Shown: positions 1 to 8,389, counted from the first letter of the stretch. The stretch is DNA of 64,000 bases from an uncultured Candidatus Saccharibacteria bacterium (GCA_964369115.1 CAYJED010000004.1:16428-80427); one strand, 5' to 3'. Notes: generated from the letters alone by a model not told the origin. Numbers and translations: made by a program.

Positions 1-863
1 TCGCTTGGTTTCAGCTTAATCAGGGTAATGCAAATGCTTACCGTGAAGCAGCTCAAAAAGCTGGTAATGCTATCTTAGGGTTTATGATAATCGTTGCTCT
101 TATGGGTGGTATTTTCTTTGCTATCCTTAGAATGGCAGGAGTAAAGACAGAGTATCTTGATATCTTTAAAAATATCTTGGTCACGAGTTTGGTGGAGCGC
201 GCATATGCAATTGATGTTATTGATGGAGGTGCCATGATGGCAAGTTGTAGTTTTGAAGATCAGCGTATTTTTGGTACTAATTGTACGTTACAAAGTGGTA
301 CCCAGGGTCAGCCTTGTGGATCAAATTACACGTGCAGGTCTGGTTTTGAGTGTAATGCTCAAATGTTTTGTGAGAAAACCCCAAGCACTAACCCAACGTT
401 TGAAGAAGCATCTCAGGGCGCACAGGCTCCAAGAGAAAATATGATAGGTGGAAGCTGTGGAAGAGACGGTATTTGTTCTGAAGGGGTTTGTGATGGTGCA
501 AGCAATACGTGTGTTAGAGGAGCGTCAGCACAAGGAACATCTCAACAACAAGCTGCAAATGTTACCGGTTCACTTAATCCAACTAATGTTACAACGCTTT
601 ACGACTTCATCCTTAATATTCTTAGACTTGTGATGCGTTTCTTTGTGTTTCCAGCTCTTATTGCTATTTGGGTATGGACTGGATTTTCTTTTGTCCTCGC
701 CCAGGGTGCACCAGAAGCGCTCGCAAAGGCAAAGAAGCTTCTTCTTTGGGCAACAATAAGTACCTTTATTATCTTTATGATTCAGGCATTTATGACAGCG
801 GTCAGGGGTACGGTGCAAAAAGTTCTTTCAGAAAAGACAGAAATTATAGAAAGACATCTATAA
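1..863 (+). CDS. T4SS-pilin-like (TrbC/VirB2-like) two-TM membrane protein with Cys-rich ectodomain; 5' partial (frame open to window start)
   Basis: The ORF is open from nt 3, so the start lies upstream of the window. The C-terminal half has two hydrophobic helices (FFVFPALIAIWVWTGF and LLLWATISTFIIFMIQAF) arranged as in paralogs 933..1619 and 3743..4144. A Cys-rich module ENMIGGSCGRDGICSEGVCD is shared with the downstream gene. Confidence 0.5.
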   Translation, partial: AWFQLNQGNANAYREAAQKAGNAILGFMIIVALMGGIFFAILRMAGVKTEYLDIFKNILVTSLVERAYAIDVIDGGAMMASCSFEDQRIFGTNCTLQSGTQGQPCGSNYTCRSGFECNAQMFCEKTPSTNPTFEEASQGAQAPRENMIGGSCGRDGICSEGVCDGASNTCVRGASAQGTSQQQAANVTGSLNPTNVTTLYDFILNILRLVMRFFVFPALIAIWVWTGFSFVLAQGAPEALAKAKKLLLWATISTFIIFMIQAFMTAVRGTVQKVLSEKTEIIERHL

Positions 864-932
864 AAACAGGGAACAACTTCCTTGCACCTTCTCTGTTTAC
901 ATTGCTACACTTATCCATATAACTTATTTTTT

Positions 933-1619
933 ATGAAAGTACTACTCCTTACCGCACTATTTACGCTCACTGTTACAACTGCTTCTGCTCAATCTGTTGC
1001 TACTTTAACAGGAGGAATAGGAACTCTTGCTGGACTGATTGATGGGTTCACAGGAAAGGTAGTGCGCGCAACAGGGGGACTCTTTATGGCGCTTGCCATG
1101 ATTACCTTCTTTTACGGTGTTGTGGAATATATCTGGGGAGCGCGTCAAGGTGATGGTGATAGAGTAAAAAGAGGGAATGAATTTCTCAAGTGGAGTCTCG
1201 TGGCGCTCTTTGTGATGTTCTCGGTATATGGCATCATTCGTTTTGGACAAAGAATAGTTTTCGGAGATGCTGACGTTAGTCGTATTGTTATCCCTCAGCT
1301 TATTATGGGTGGAAGCTCTGGTAGTCCTGGTACGGGAAGTAACCCCGGTGGTTCTGTGGGTAGTCCTGGTACAGGGTCAGGGTTACCTTCTGGTCCAGCA
1401 GAAAACATGATAGGAGGAAGTTGTGGGAGAGATGGTATTTGTTCGGAAGGAACGTGTGACGCTGTAACTAATCGTTGTGTCCCATCTTCATCCGGAAATC
1501 CAGCTGGTCCAGCAGAAAACATGATAGGAGGAAGTTGTGGGAGAGATGGTATTTGTTCGGAAGGAACGTGTGACGCTGTAACTAATCGTTGTGTCCCATC
1601 TTCATCCGGAAATCCATGA
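933..1619 (+). CDS. T4SS-pilin-like secreted two-TM protein with two exact 38-aa Cys-rich C-terminal repeats
   Basis: An ATG at 933 follows a promoter-like AT-rich spacer. A signal peptide (MKVLLLTALFTLTVTTASA) is followed by two TM helices around the loop ARQGDGDRVKRG, then a Gly/Ser/Pro linker, then 2 x GPAENMIGGSCGRDGICSEGTCDAVTNRCVPSSSGNPA. Stop is TGA at 1617. Confidence 0.55.
   Translation: MKVLLLTALFTLTVTTASAQSVATLTGGIGTLAGLIDGFTGKVVRATGGLFMALAMITFFYGVVEYIWGARQGDGDRVKRGNEFLKWSLVALFVMFSVYGIIRFGQRIVFGDADVSRIVIPQLIMGGSSGSPGTGSNPGGSVGSPGTGSGLPSGPAENMIGGSCGRDGICSEGTCDAVTNRCVPSSSGNPAGPAENMIGGSCGRDGICSEGTCDAVTNRCVPSSSGNP
1392..1616. repeat. Exact tandem direct repeat, 114-bp unit x 2 (second copy 111 bp), coding for the Cys-rich module
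   Basis: 1392..1505 is identical to 1506..1616 by direct reading. Confidence 0.9.
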
Positions 1620-1819
1620 TCAGGCTCAAGTTCTTGCACACCAGGAGAAAGGTGTGGAGAAAATGGCATGGGTACCTGTGATGATGATTTCACTTGCGGG
1701 CCATACGAACTCTAAAATGAGAAGTATTGACAATTTATAAAAACCTTATATAATAAGATAAGGTAGGCCTGATTGTACTTTTTGACAAAGAAAACAGGCT
1801 TTTTGTTCTTAGACTTTTA

Positions 1820-2404
1820 GTGAGGTATCATATGTCTACTGCTTTGTCTTCGGAAGGGGTCTCTTTCTGGAAGAAGCTTCCTTGGCTTGCACGAATTGCT
1901 CTCCTGCTGGCTGTGTACATTCTCTTCATGGAGCTTATGGGATATTTCCTTGATCGCCAAGATGAGGCTTATCACAAAAGCCAAGTGAGGCGTGCAGATC
2001 TTGCTGAGCGAGAGATTGCAGTAAAAGAGCGCGAAGCTCGCCTGCTTGCTTCTGTTCAACCAAAACCTGCACAAGAAGAGGTTCCTGATGAAGCTGTTCC
2101 AAGTGCCTGTGGAGACGAAACGTCGCTTGCGGAATTTCTAAATAATCCGCCACAGGTTCAGTATTTTGAGAAAGCTTTCTCTTTGAGTATTGGCTGTGCT
2201 TTGGTTCGGCCAAGTTTCAAAGTCAAGAACGTTCAAGGTGATGGGTATACCATTTCATATGGACGCGATCCAGAAAAATACAACTGGTATCAGGAGAACT
2301 GCAGGTCTCAACATGAATGTCTCCGCATGTTTGCTCGCTATCAGCGAGAAGGCGGATCTTTCCGTATCACCATTCATCCTGGTGGTTCTGTTACTGTTCG
2401 ATAA
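1820..2404 (+). CDS. hypothetical membrane-anchored protein
   Basis: 194-aa ORF with an N-terminal TM segment (LPWLARIALLLAVYILFMELMGYF). No recognisable family. Confidence 0.4.
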   Translation: MRYHMSTALSSEGVSFWKKLPWLARIALLLAVYILFMELMGYFLDRQDEAYHKSQVRRADLAEREIAVKEREARLLASVQPKPAQEEVPDEAVPSACGDETSLAEFLNNPPQVQYFEKAFSLSIGCALVRPSFKVKNVQGDGYTISYGRDPEKYNWYQENCRSQHECLRMFARYQREGGSFRITIHPGGSVTVR

Positions 2405-2419
2405 AGAAAGGGGTTTCTG

Positions 2420-2788
2420 ATGTCAGACAAAAAAGATGACCATGGTCACGGTGATGACAAAAAATCACCCGTAAAGAAGCTTCTCGGATTCGCTGGACTG
2501 CTTCTTGCTGTTCTCGTCTTCGTGTACTTCCTTGCTGCTGTTTTGCCGGAAATTGTTCGAGGTAGCGGGTCATTGGCTCGTGAAACTGGAACTGCTGGCT
2601 TTCAGGCTGGGCAAGGTGGACGACACTTTGCTGCTGGGATGAGGGAGTTTCTTCGGGGTATGGTAAACGAACCTCTCAAGGTTCTTGCAACCTATGCTCT
2701 GGGCGCTCTAATCCTCTTCCTGATCATCAAAGAGATGATTGTTCCTTTATTCAAGAAGGATGATCATCACGGCGGCGGTCACCCTTAA
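2420..2788 (+). CDS. small membrane protein with His/Asp/Lys-rich termini
   Basis: 122 aa with two TM segments; N-terminal KKDDHGHGDDKK and C-terminal KKDDHHGGGHP. It is 16 nt downstream of the previous gene and has a GAAAGGGG RBS. Confidence 0.4.
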   Translation: MSDKKDDHGHGDDKKSPVKKLLGFAGLLLAVLVFVYFLAAVLPEIVRGSGSLARETGTAGFQAGQGGRHFAAGMREFLRGMVNEPLKVLATYALGALILFLIIKEMIVPLFKKDDHHGGGHP

Positions 2789-2839
2789 GGCTTTATGCCT
2801 TTCGTGAGACAACACGGTTAACAAACACTGCGGGTATTA

Positions 2840-2915
2840 CTCGCAGAGAGAGGTTTTCCTCTCGCATATTGCCCAGTCGCAGTATGCGATGGGTAAACCT
2901 CTCTTTTTCATTTTA
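2840..2915 (+). terminator. nested stem-loop structure followed by a T-run (candidate intrinsic terminator or structured RNA)
   Basis: agagagaggttt pairs with aaacctctct around the inner hairpin gcatattgc..gcagtatgc, then ttttcatttt follows. Confidence 0.35.
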
Positions 2916-3019
2916 TAAAAGTAAAATATTGACATATTATAAAATACTATGTATTATACTAATTAAATGGGAATAATTCCCAAACAGTACATTATCAAAA
3001 AGAAAAGAGGTGACTCTAT

Positions 3020-3568
3020 ATGTTAGACGATAAAGATAAAGGTGGTGATGATTTGGATGGTCGGTCACCTATTGACGTCATGAATGCTCTCTTTGCGAAG
3101 CTTAACGTGACTCCAATAAGTGAGATTTCACAAAAAGAAGTCCATGCGCGCGCTAAAGCACAAGCTGAAGCTCAGCTTTTGCAATCTCCAAAACCATCAC
3201 CTGATGCTCTTGAAGCAAAACCTGAGCCTATAAAGGTTGAGCCTCAGGTGGTTACGGGGAAGCATCCACTTCCAATAAATCATCCTTATCGTGTCGAAAC
3301 ACGTAGAAGGGCAGCAGAAATAGCAAGAGGGGTTGAAAGAATGAAAGGTGGGGAAATAAAGCCCCATCATCAGCCTGAAACTTCAAAAGAAACTGAAGAG
3401 GAAGGTCAAGATACCTTCATCTTTGGACTCTCACTTTTCCAGGTGCTCATGCTTATTGCTGTTGCTATTTTTGCAACCGCTGCCATAGAAAAAGGGATGC
3501 TCGGTAGTATCGATCAAATTCCTGAGCTTTTGGAAAAGCTTGTAAAATGGCTGTATTCGCTTCTCTAG
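3020..3568 (+). CDS. hypothetical protein with C-terminal TM helix
   Basis: 182-aa ORF with an AAGAGGTG RBS. The N-terminal half is charged and Pro-rich; a hydrophobic segment LSLFQVLMLIAVAIFATAAI lies near the C-terminus. Confidence 0.4.
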   Translation: MLDDKDKGGDDLDGRSPIDVMNALFAKLNVTPISEISQKEVHARAKAQAEAQLLQSPKPSPDALEAKPEPIKVEPQVVTGKHPLPINHPYRVETRRRAAEIARGVERMKGGEIKPHHQPETSKETEEEGQDTFIFGLSLFQVLMLIAVAIFATAAIEKGMLGSIDQIPELLEKLVKWLYSLL

Positions 3569-3587
3569 GCTTGTTTCGGTTACTTTA

Positions 3588-3635
3588 CCCACTTTTGTAT
3601 GGTCTATCCATGCAAAAGTGGGTTTTTTGTTTTTT
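3588..3635 (+). terminator. rho-independent terminator
   Basis: cccacttttg..caaaagtggg hairpin followed by ttttttgttttttc. Confidence 0.5.
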
Positions 3636-3742
3636 CTGGCAACGATAAAGTATCTTTTATAATAAAAATACTTTATTTTTCCACATTTTTCCTTGCAAAG
3701 CAGCTATTCCTTTATATACTTAAAGAATAACTAACTAATAGT

Positions 3743-4144
3743 ATGAAAAAAATCTTTACAACACTATCAATTATTGCAGGACAGTTTGCAGTAGCTTCTG
3801 CTCAGGCAACTATCACTATTGGGCAAGGAGCTCAGCAGGGGCAGGTTAACGGAGGGGCGATCCTCGGACTCCTTGCGCTTGCTCAGACTATCATTACTCG
3901 TCTTGTTCCATTTGCGGTAGGAGTTGCGGTGCTTGCATTCTTCTGGTTCCTTATTCAGTTTATTGTAAAAGGTTCTCAGGATCCACAGAAGCAGTCAGAT
4001 GCAAAAGCTGGTATGGGATGGTCTATTCTCGCGCTTTTCCTTATGGTGTCTATCTGGGGAATCATTGGTCTTATTGGAAGTATCTTCGGAGTTAATCAGG
4101 GAGGAAGTGTTCCAATTCCTGGTGTTCCAGTTCCAGCAAACTAA
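3743..4144 (+). CDS. T4SS-pilin-like (TrbC/VirB2-like) secreted two-TM protein
   Basis: Signal peptide, then TM helix (VGVAVLAFFWFLIQFIV), KGSQDP loop, second helix (GMGWSILALFLMVSIWGIIGLIG). Same core as 4172..4786 and 4789..5043. Confidence 0.55.
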   Translation: MKKIFTTLSIIAGQFAVASAQATITIGQGAQQGQVNGGAILGLLALAQTIITRLVPFAVGVAVLAFFWFLIQFIVKGSQDPQKQSDAKAGMGWSILALFLMVSIWGIIGLIGSIFGVNQGGSVPIPGVPVPAN

Positions 4145-4171
4145 ATATCTTAACTTAGGTATATATACAAT

Positions 4172-4786
4172 ATGAAAAAAGCGCTGCTTGCATTATGTGT
4201 TGTTGCTCTCGGCGCTTTTTTTGCACATGCTCAAATCCAACTTGGAGATGTTCGTGTAAACGTTGGGCAGACCTGTTGGACTATTGATGGAAAGCGTGGA
4301 TGTCGTAATCCTTCTACTGGACAGTGGCAGCAAGAAACAGGTGGAGGAAACATGATTGGAGGAAATACAAACACTGGACAGATTGGAGGGTCAGGAAGTA
4401 TTAATGGGAATCGTTTTGGTTTTGGAATTGGAGGAGGTTCTGCTGGAGGAGGGGGTGGTCTCGCATACGGGAGTCAGGTGTGTGCTGTAGTTAATAGCTT
4501 TACCGGTCTTGTGCGTCTCTTTGCGCTTGCGCAGTGTGTTGTGACGCTTTCTGTGCCACTTCTTGTTGGTGTTGCACTCCTTGCTTTCTTTTGGTTCCTT
4601 GTTGAGTTTATCTGGAAAGGTCGTAACGATCCTACTCATTATGCAAAAGCAAAAGTCGGAATGTTTTGGTCTATTGTAGCTCTCTTTGTAATGGTGTCTA
4701 TTTGGGGAATTATTGGATTTATTGGAGGAGTGCTTGGTATAGGGCAAGGCGGAGGAATGCCAGGGTTTAGACTTCCAGGTGAATAG
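4172..4786 (+). CDS. T4SS-pilin-like secreted two-TM protein with Gly-rich ectodomain
   Basis: Signal peptide, Gly-rich stretch (GGNMIGGNTNTGQIGGSGSINGNRFGFGIGGGSAGGGGG), then the conserved core LAFFWFLVEFIWKGRNDP...GMFWSIVALFVMVSIWGIIGFIG. Confidence 0.55.
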   Translation: MKKALLALCVVALGAFFAHAQIQLGDVRVNVGQTCWTIDGKRGCRNPSTGQWQQETGGGNMIGGNTNTGQIGGSGSINGNRFGFGIGGGSAGGGGGLAYGSQVCAVVNSFTGLVRLFALAQCVVTLSVPLLVGVALLAFFWFLVEFIWKGRNDPTHYAKAKVGMFWSIVALFVMVSIWGIIGFIGGVLGIGQGGGMPGFRLPGE

Positions 4787-4788
4787 GT

Positions 4789-5043
4789 ATGACTGACGAT
4801 AGAATTCTTGAAAAGATTTTAGTTGAAGTATTTTGGCCACTCTACCAGCTTGCACTTGGTCTTGCCTTTTGTTATTTCCTTTATGGAGCTTTTATGTTTA
4901 TTGTTAACATGAATGATCCTGAAAAAAAACTAAAAGGTCAGCGTCATCTTCTTTGGGGACTTATTGGACTTTTTATTATCTTTTCGGCAGGAGCTATAGT
5001 TCGTCTCTTTAATGACATGCTTGGCGGAATGTTTGTCTTCTAG
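4789..5043 (+). CDS. T4SS-pilin-like core-only paralog (no signal peptide)
   Basis: 84 aa with TM helix, NDPEKK loop and second helix (LLWGLIGLFIIFSAG). It starts 2 nt after the previous stop. Confidence 0.45.
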   Translation: MTDDRILEKILVEVFWPLYQLALGLAFCYFLYGAFMFIVNMNDPEKKLKGQRHLLWGLIGLFIIFSAGAIVRLFNDMLGGMFVF

Positions 5044-5126
5044 AATTAAGTCACCTTTTCCTAATTTTAAAAGGCAAGGCCTATGTAAAATTGCCTAGAA
5101 TACTGAGTGTGCTAGAATAAAAAAAT

Positions 5127-6548
5127 ATGAACGAGACACACCAAGAGCGTATGGAAAAAATTGTCTCCCTCTGTAAACGTAGGGGATTTATTTTTCCTTC
5201 ATCAGAAATTTATGGGGGATTTTCAGGAGTATATGACTATGGTCATTACGGAACACTTCTTTTTAATAATGTAAAAGAAGCGTGGAAAAAAAGTGTTGCT
5301 CAGGAACGTCTCGATATTTTTCTTTTGGATAGTGCTATTTTTATGCACCCAACGACATGGAAAGCTTCTGGTCACGTGGATGGATTTAATGATCCACAAG
5401 TAGACTGCCGTAAATGTAAAAGTCGCTTTCGTGCAGATCATATGCTTGAAGCGTTTGGTGTACAAGCAGATAAGCAAACACTTGAGTTTATTAACGCTGA
5501 ACTTGATAAACTCCGTATGGAGAAAAAGCTTGTCTGTGGTAACTGTAAAAGTGCTGACTTGACCTCCGCAAAAGTATTTTCACTTATGGTGAAATCAAAT
5601 CTCGGTTCCCCGGTAGATGCACTCTCAGAAGAAAATGTGGTATACCTTCGTCCAGAAACTTGTGGAGGAATTTATCTTGAATACAAGAATACCGTAGACT
5701 CACTACACCCAAAACTTCCTTTTGGTATTGCACAAGTTGGTAAGGCATTTCGTAATGAAATTGTTGCAAAGCAATTTGTGTTCAGAACACGTGAGTTTGA
5801 ACAGATGGAAATGCAGTATTTCCATCACCCACAAGACACAAAAGCTATTTTTGATGAATGGCATGCATACCGCTGGAATTTTTATCTTGATTATGGTATC
5901 CCTCATGAAAAACTTAATTGGTATAAACATGAGAAGCTTGCGCATTATGCCTCAGATGCATATGACATTGAGTACAACTACGCGATGCTTGGAGGTTTTA
6001 AAGAGCTTGAAGGAATTCATGCGCGAGGGGATTGGGACCTCTCACAGCACTCAAAGTTTTCAGGGCAAGATTTAAGTTATTTTGATGAAGCCACAAAAGA
6101 GCGATTTACTCCACATATTGTAGAAACTTCTGCGGGTGTAGCTCGTATGGCACTTGCTTTCTTGGATAACGCATATACTGAAGAAGAAGTTGGAGAAGCG
6201 CGCGAAGATGGTACAAAAGATATTCGTGCTGTGCTTAAGCTAGATAAGCGCCTTGCTCCAGTTAAGGTTGCTATTTTACCTCTTTCTAAAAAAGAAGAGC
6301 TTACTACTCCTGCTAAAGAGCTTTGGAAAACGCTCTCTAAAAAATTCTTTGTTGAATACGATGATACACAATCTATTGGAAAGCGTTATCGTCGTCAGGA
6401 TGAAATTGGTACGCCATACTGTGTGACGGTAGATTTTGATACGCTTACTGATAATGCTGTTACTGTGCGTGATAGAGATACCATGACTCAGGAGAGGGTT
6501 CCTCTTACTAACCTCACTCAATATCTCGTAGAAAAGCTTGAGAAGTAG
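5127..6548 (+). CDS. glyQS: glycine--tRNA ligase, alpha2 (GlyQS) type
   Basis: 473 aa. The N-terminus RGFIFPSSEIYGGFSGVYDYGHYG, a class II core and a C-terminal anticodon-binding region are typical of dimeric GlyRS. Confidence 0.85.
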   Translation: MNETHQERMEKIVSLCKRRGFIFPSSEIYGGFSGVYDYGHYGTLLFNNVKEAWKKSVAQERLDIFLLDSAIFMHPTTWKASGHVDGFNDPQVDCRKCKSRFRADHMLEAFGVQADKQTLEFINAELDKLRMEKKLVCGNCKSADLTSAKVFSLMVKSNLGSPVDALSEENVVYLRPETCGGIYLEYKNTVDSLHPKLPFGIAQVGKAFRNEIVAKQFVFRTREFEQMEMQYFHHPQDTKAIFDEWHAYRWNFYLDYGIPHEKLNWYKHEKLAHYASDAYDIEYNYAMLGGFKELEGIHARGDWDLSQHSKFSGQDLSYFDEATKERFTPHIVETSAGVARMALAFLDNAYTEEEVGEAREDGTKDIRAVLKLDKRLAPVKVAILPLSKKEELTTPAKELWKTLSKKFFVEYDDTQSIGKRYRRQDEIGTPYCVTVDFDTLTDNAVTVRDRDTMTQERVPLTNLTQYLVEKLEK

Positions 6549-6557
6549 ATTGGGTAT

Positions 6558-7019
6558 TTGTATATACGTATGTCTGAAATTAATCTTGAAAATAAAATAG
6601 AAAGTGATGGGGCAAAAAGTCTTAACACTAGTCTTAATCAAATCCAAGAACATTTAGAAGGACTTAAAACAAAAGATGACGAACATGACAAGTTGTTCTT
6701 TATTGTGTGTGAAGCTCTTAAAGAAGAAGGCTTAGATCTTCCAAATGAAAAAATGGAAGATATTCGAGAAATGAATATTGGAGATGATCACTTCATTGTC
6801 CTTCGTTTTAAGGATGGTGTTTCTATGAGTTTTAATAAAAACCAAGAAGCTATTTTAGCTAAAATTAAAGGTGATCAATATGTTATGGAAGGGGAGGAGG
6901 TGAGATCTTATAGAGAAAAATACTACAATTACCTTGCAGCATTTCTTATTATGAAAAATAAGATTATTGATGGGAAGTCAAGATTAGCGAAAACACGACT
7001 GGAAAAACTAGGTATTTAA
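6558..7019 (+). CDS. hypothetical protein
   Basis: 153-aa ORF. An alternative start lies at 6570 (MSEIN...). No family recognised. Confidence 0.35.
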   Translation: MYIRMSEINLENKIESDGAKSLNTSLNQIQEHLEGLKTKDDEHDKLFFIVCEALKEEGLDLPNEKMEDIREMNIGDDHFIVLRFKDGVSMSFNKNQEAILAKIKGDQYVMEGEEVRSYREKYYNYLAAFLIMKNKIIDGKSRLAKTRLEKLGI

Positions 7020-7042
7020 GTAATTTTAAGAAAATAATACGC

Positions 7043-7071
7043 TTGCAACATAAGAGAAAATAGGGTATAAT
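7043..7071 (+). promoter_or_regulatory. sigma70-like promoter for rpmG
   Basis: TTGCAA, 17-bp spacer, TATAAT (7043-7048 and 7066-7071). Confidence 0.45.
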
Positions 7072-7080
7072 AGATAAATT

Positions 7081-7242
7081 ATGGCAAAGGCACAAGATAA
7101 TCTCATTCAGCTCAAGAACAAGGAAACGGGTGAAGTCTACTGGACTTCTAAGAACCGAAAGCTTGTTACTCGTAAGATTGAACTTAAGAAGTATTCAAAG
7201 AAGCTTCGTAAGCACATTACTTTTAAGGAAAGCAAGAAGTAA
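7081..7242 (+). CDS. rpmG: 50S ribosomal protein L33
   Basis: 53 aa (MAKAQDNLIQLKNKETGEVYWTSKNRKLVTRKIELKKYSKKLRKHITFKESKK), matching the L33 pattern TKNKR..P.KLEL.KY......H..FKE.K. It is below the 60-aa cutoff of the ORF track. Confidence 0.8.
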   Translation: MAKAQDNLIQLKNKETGEVYWTSKNRKLVTRKIELKKYSKKLRKHITFKESKK

Positions 7243-7265
7243 TTTTTTAAAGATAGTAAAAAAGT

Positions 7266-7294
7266 AAAAAGCAGCCGAAAGGCTGCTTTTTATT
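7266..7294 (+). terminator. rho-independent terminator of rpmG
   Basis: aaaaagcagccgaaaggctgctttttatt. Confidence 0.55.
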
Positions 7295-7410
7295 GAGAGA
7301 TCTTGTAATTTTTGTATTTTGTGGTATAATTATAAATAGTCGGACCTGTATTTCTGGTCTGGCTTTTTTCTCCAACACACATACCTCTAGATGAGGTGAA
7401 AGGGTTTCAG

Positions 7411-8208
7411 ATGAAAAAGCTCATTGGCATCTTTGCTGCAGTACTGATGCTCGCCACGGGTGTCGCGCAGGCGGGGGTGATTCAGACGATGGACTTCAGC
7501 GGGCCGGTTGCTACCGGTTCGTCGCAAGCTCCGAACGTCTGGTACACCGATCGCTATGCGCCGGCCGGCTTCCAGGTTTCTGGCAGCCAGCTTCACCTGA
7601 CCGTCGACGAGACCGGCGCTGCAGCGAATCGCGGCGGGGCCTATTCCTCAACGTTCTACGACACCCAGGGTCGCAAGTACGACTTGCAACCCGAGGTGAC
7701 CGCGGTTTCCGTCGACATGTACATCGCGCAAGAGTTCGCGTCGGCGAACCAGCGTATCGGCGGCTTGTGGGGGACGGCTTTCACCGCTTCCGACATGATC
7801 GCTGGTGTCTACCCGATCCTCGAGTTCGCGAGTGACGGCGGCGTTGCGCGTTTCCAAGGATGGGATGCTGCAACCGGCTGGAAGAACTACGGCTTGCCGT
7901 CTGGTTTTTCCTACGACACCATGTACACGCTCGGGTTCGCTCTGAACGACGGCATGGTGGACTACCTGCTGAACGGTGAATTGCTCGGCTCGGTGAATGC
8001 CTTCGGCGGTGAATACCTCGGTAACGCGATGCTGCAAGGCATCAACAAGTTCCAGGTGGGTGATGACTTCGATTCGCGCACGATCGTGTTCGACAATCTG
8101 GTCGCATCCAGCTCGGTGCCGGAGCCCGCAAGTCTTGCGCTTGCCTCCTTGGCCTGTGCCGGCGTGTTCTTCACCCGTCGGCGTAACGATAAGAAGTCGC
8201 CGGAGTAA
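7411..8208 (+). CDS. PEP-CTERM-anchored secreted protein (high-GC, likely foreign)
   Basis: An ATG at 7411 lies 11 nt after AGGTGA. The product has a signal peptide and ends in VPEPASLALASLACAGVFFTRRR, a PEP-CTERM sorting signal (VPEP motif, TM helix, Arg cluster). GC is about 60% against about 37% in the flanks. A TTGTAA-16-TATAAT promoter lies at 7303-7330. Confidence 0.6.
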   Translation: MKKLIGIFAAVLMLATGVAQAGVIQTMDFSGPVATGSSQAPNVWYTDRYAPAGFQVSGSQLHLTVDETGAAANRGGAYSSTFYDTQGRKYDLQPEVTAVSVDMYIAQEFASANQRIGGLWGTAFTASDMIAGVYPILEFASDGGVARFQGWDAATGWKNYGLPSGFSYDTMYTLGFALNDGMVDYLLNGELLGSVNAFGGEYLGNAMLQGINKFQVGDDFDSRTIVFDNLVASSSVPEPASLALASLACAGVFFTRRRNDKKSPE

Positions 8209-8247
8209 CGGTGCCAATGTGCGTGTTTTAGTGTAGACACGCACAAC

Positions 8248-8282
8248 AACCGACCTGAATTTAAGGTCGGTTTTCTTTTTTA
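8248..8282 (+). terminator. rho-independent terminator
   Basis: aaccgacct..aggtcggtt hairpin followed by ttcttttttat. Confidence 0.5.
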
Positions 8283-8318
8283 TAATTAGCAAATAATGTG
8301 TTAGAATAGCTCAAGCAT

Positions 8319-8389
8319 GGGCCTATAGTTTAGTGGCAGAACAACGGCCTCCAAATCCGTTGGTCGAGGTTCGATTCCTCGTGGGCCCG
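8319..8389 (+). tRNA. tRNA-Trp (anticodon CCA)
   Basis: Cloverleaf: acceptor stem GGGCCTA/TGGGCCC, anticodon loop CUCCAAA with U33 and A37 giving anticodon CCA, T-arm GAGGTTCGATTCCTC. No CCA is encoded. The rpmG then tRNA-Trp order is a common bacterial arrangement. Confidence 0.65.

Noticed and set aside
1617-1619. Genome-wide TGA reassignment (code 25, TGA=Gly) as an explanation for the in-frame TGA
   Set aside because: Long conserved genes (glyQS, uvrB, res, mod, gap) are intact under the standard code with no internal TGA, and at least one other gene (43185..43478) terminates at TGA. A local nonsense mutation or readthrough is more likely.
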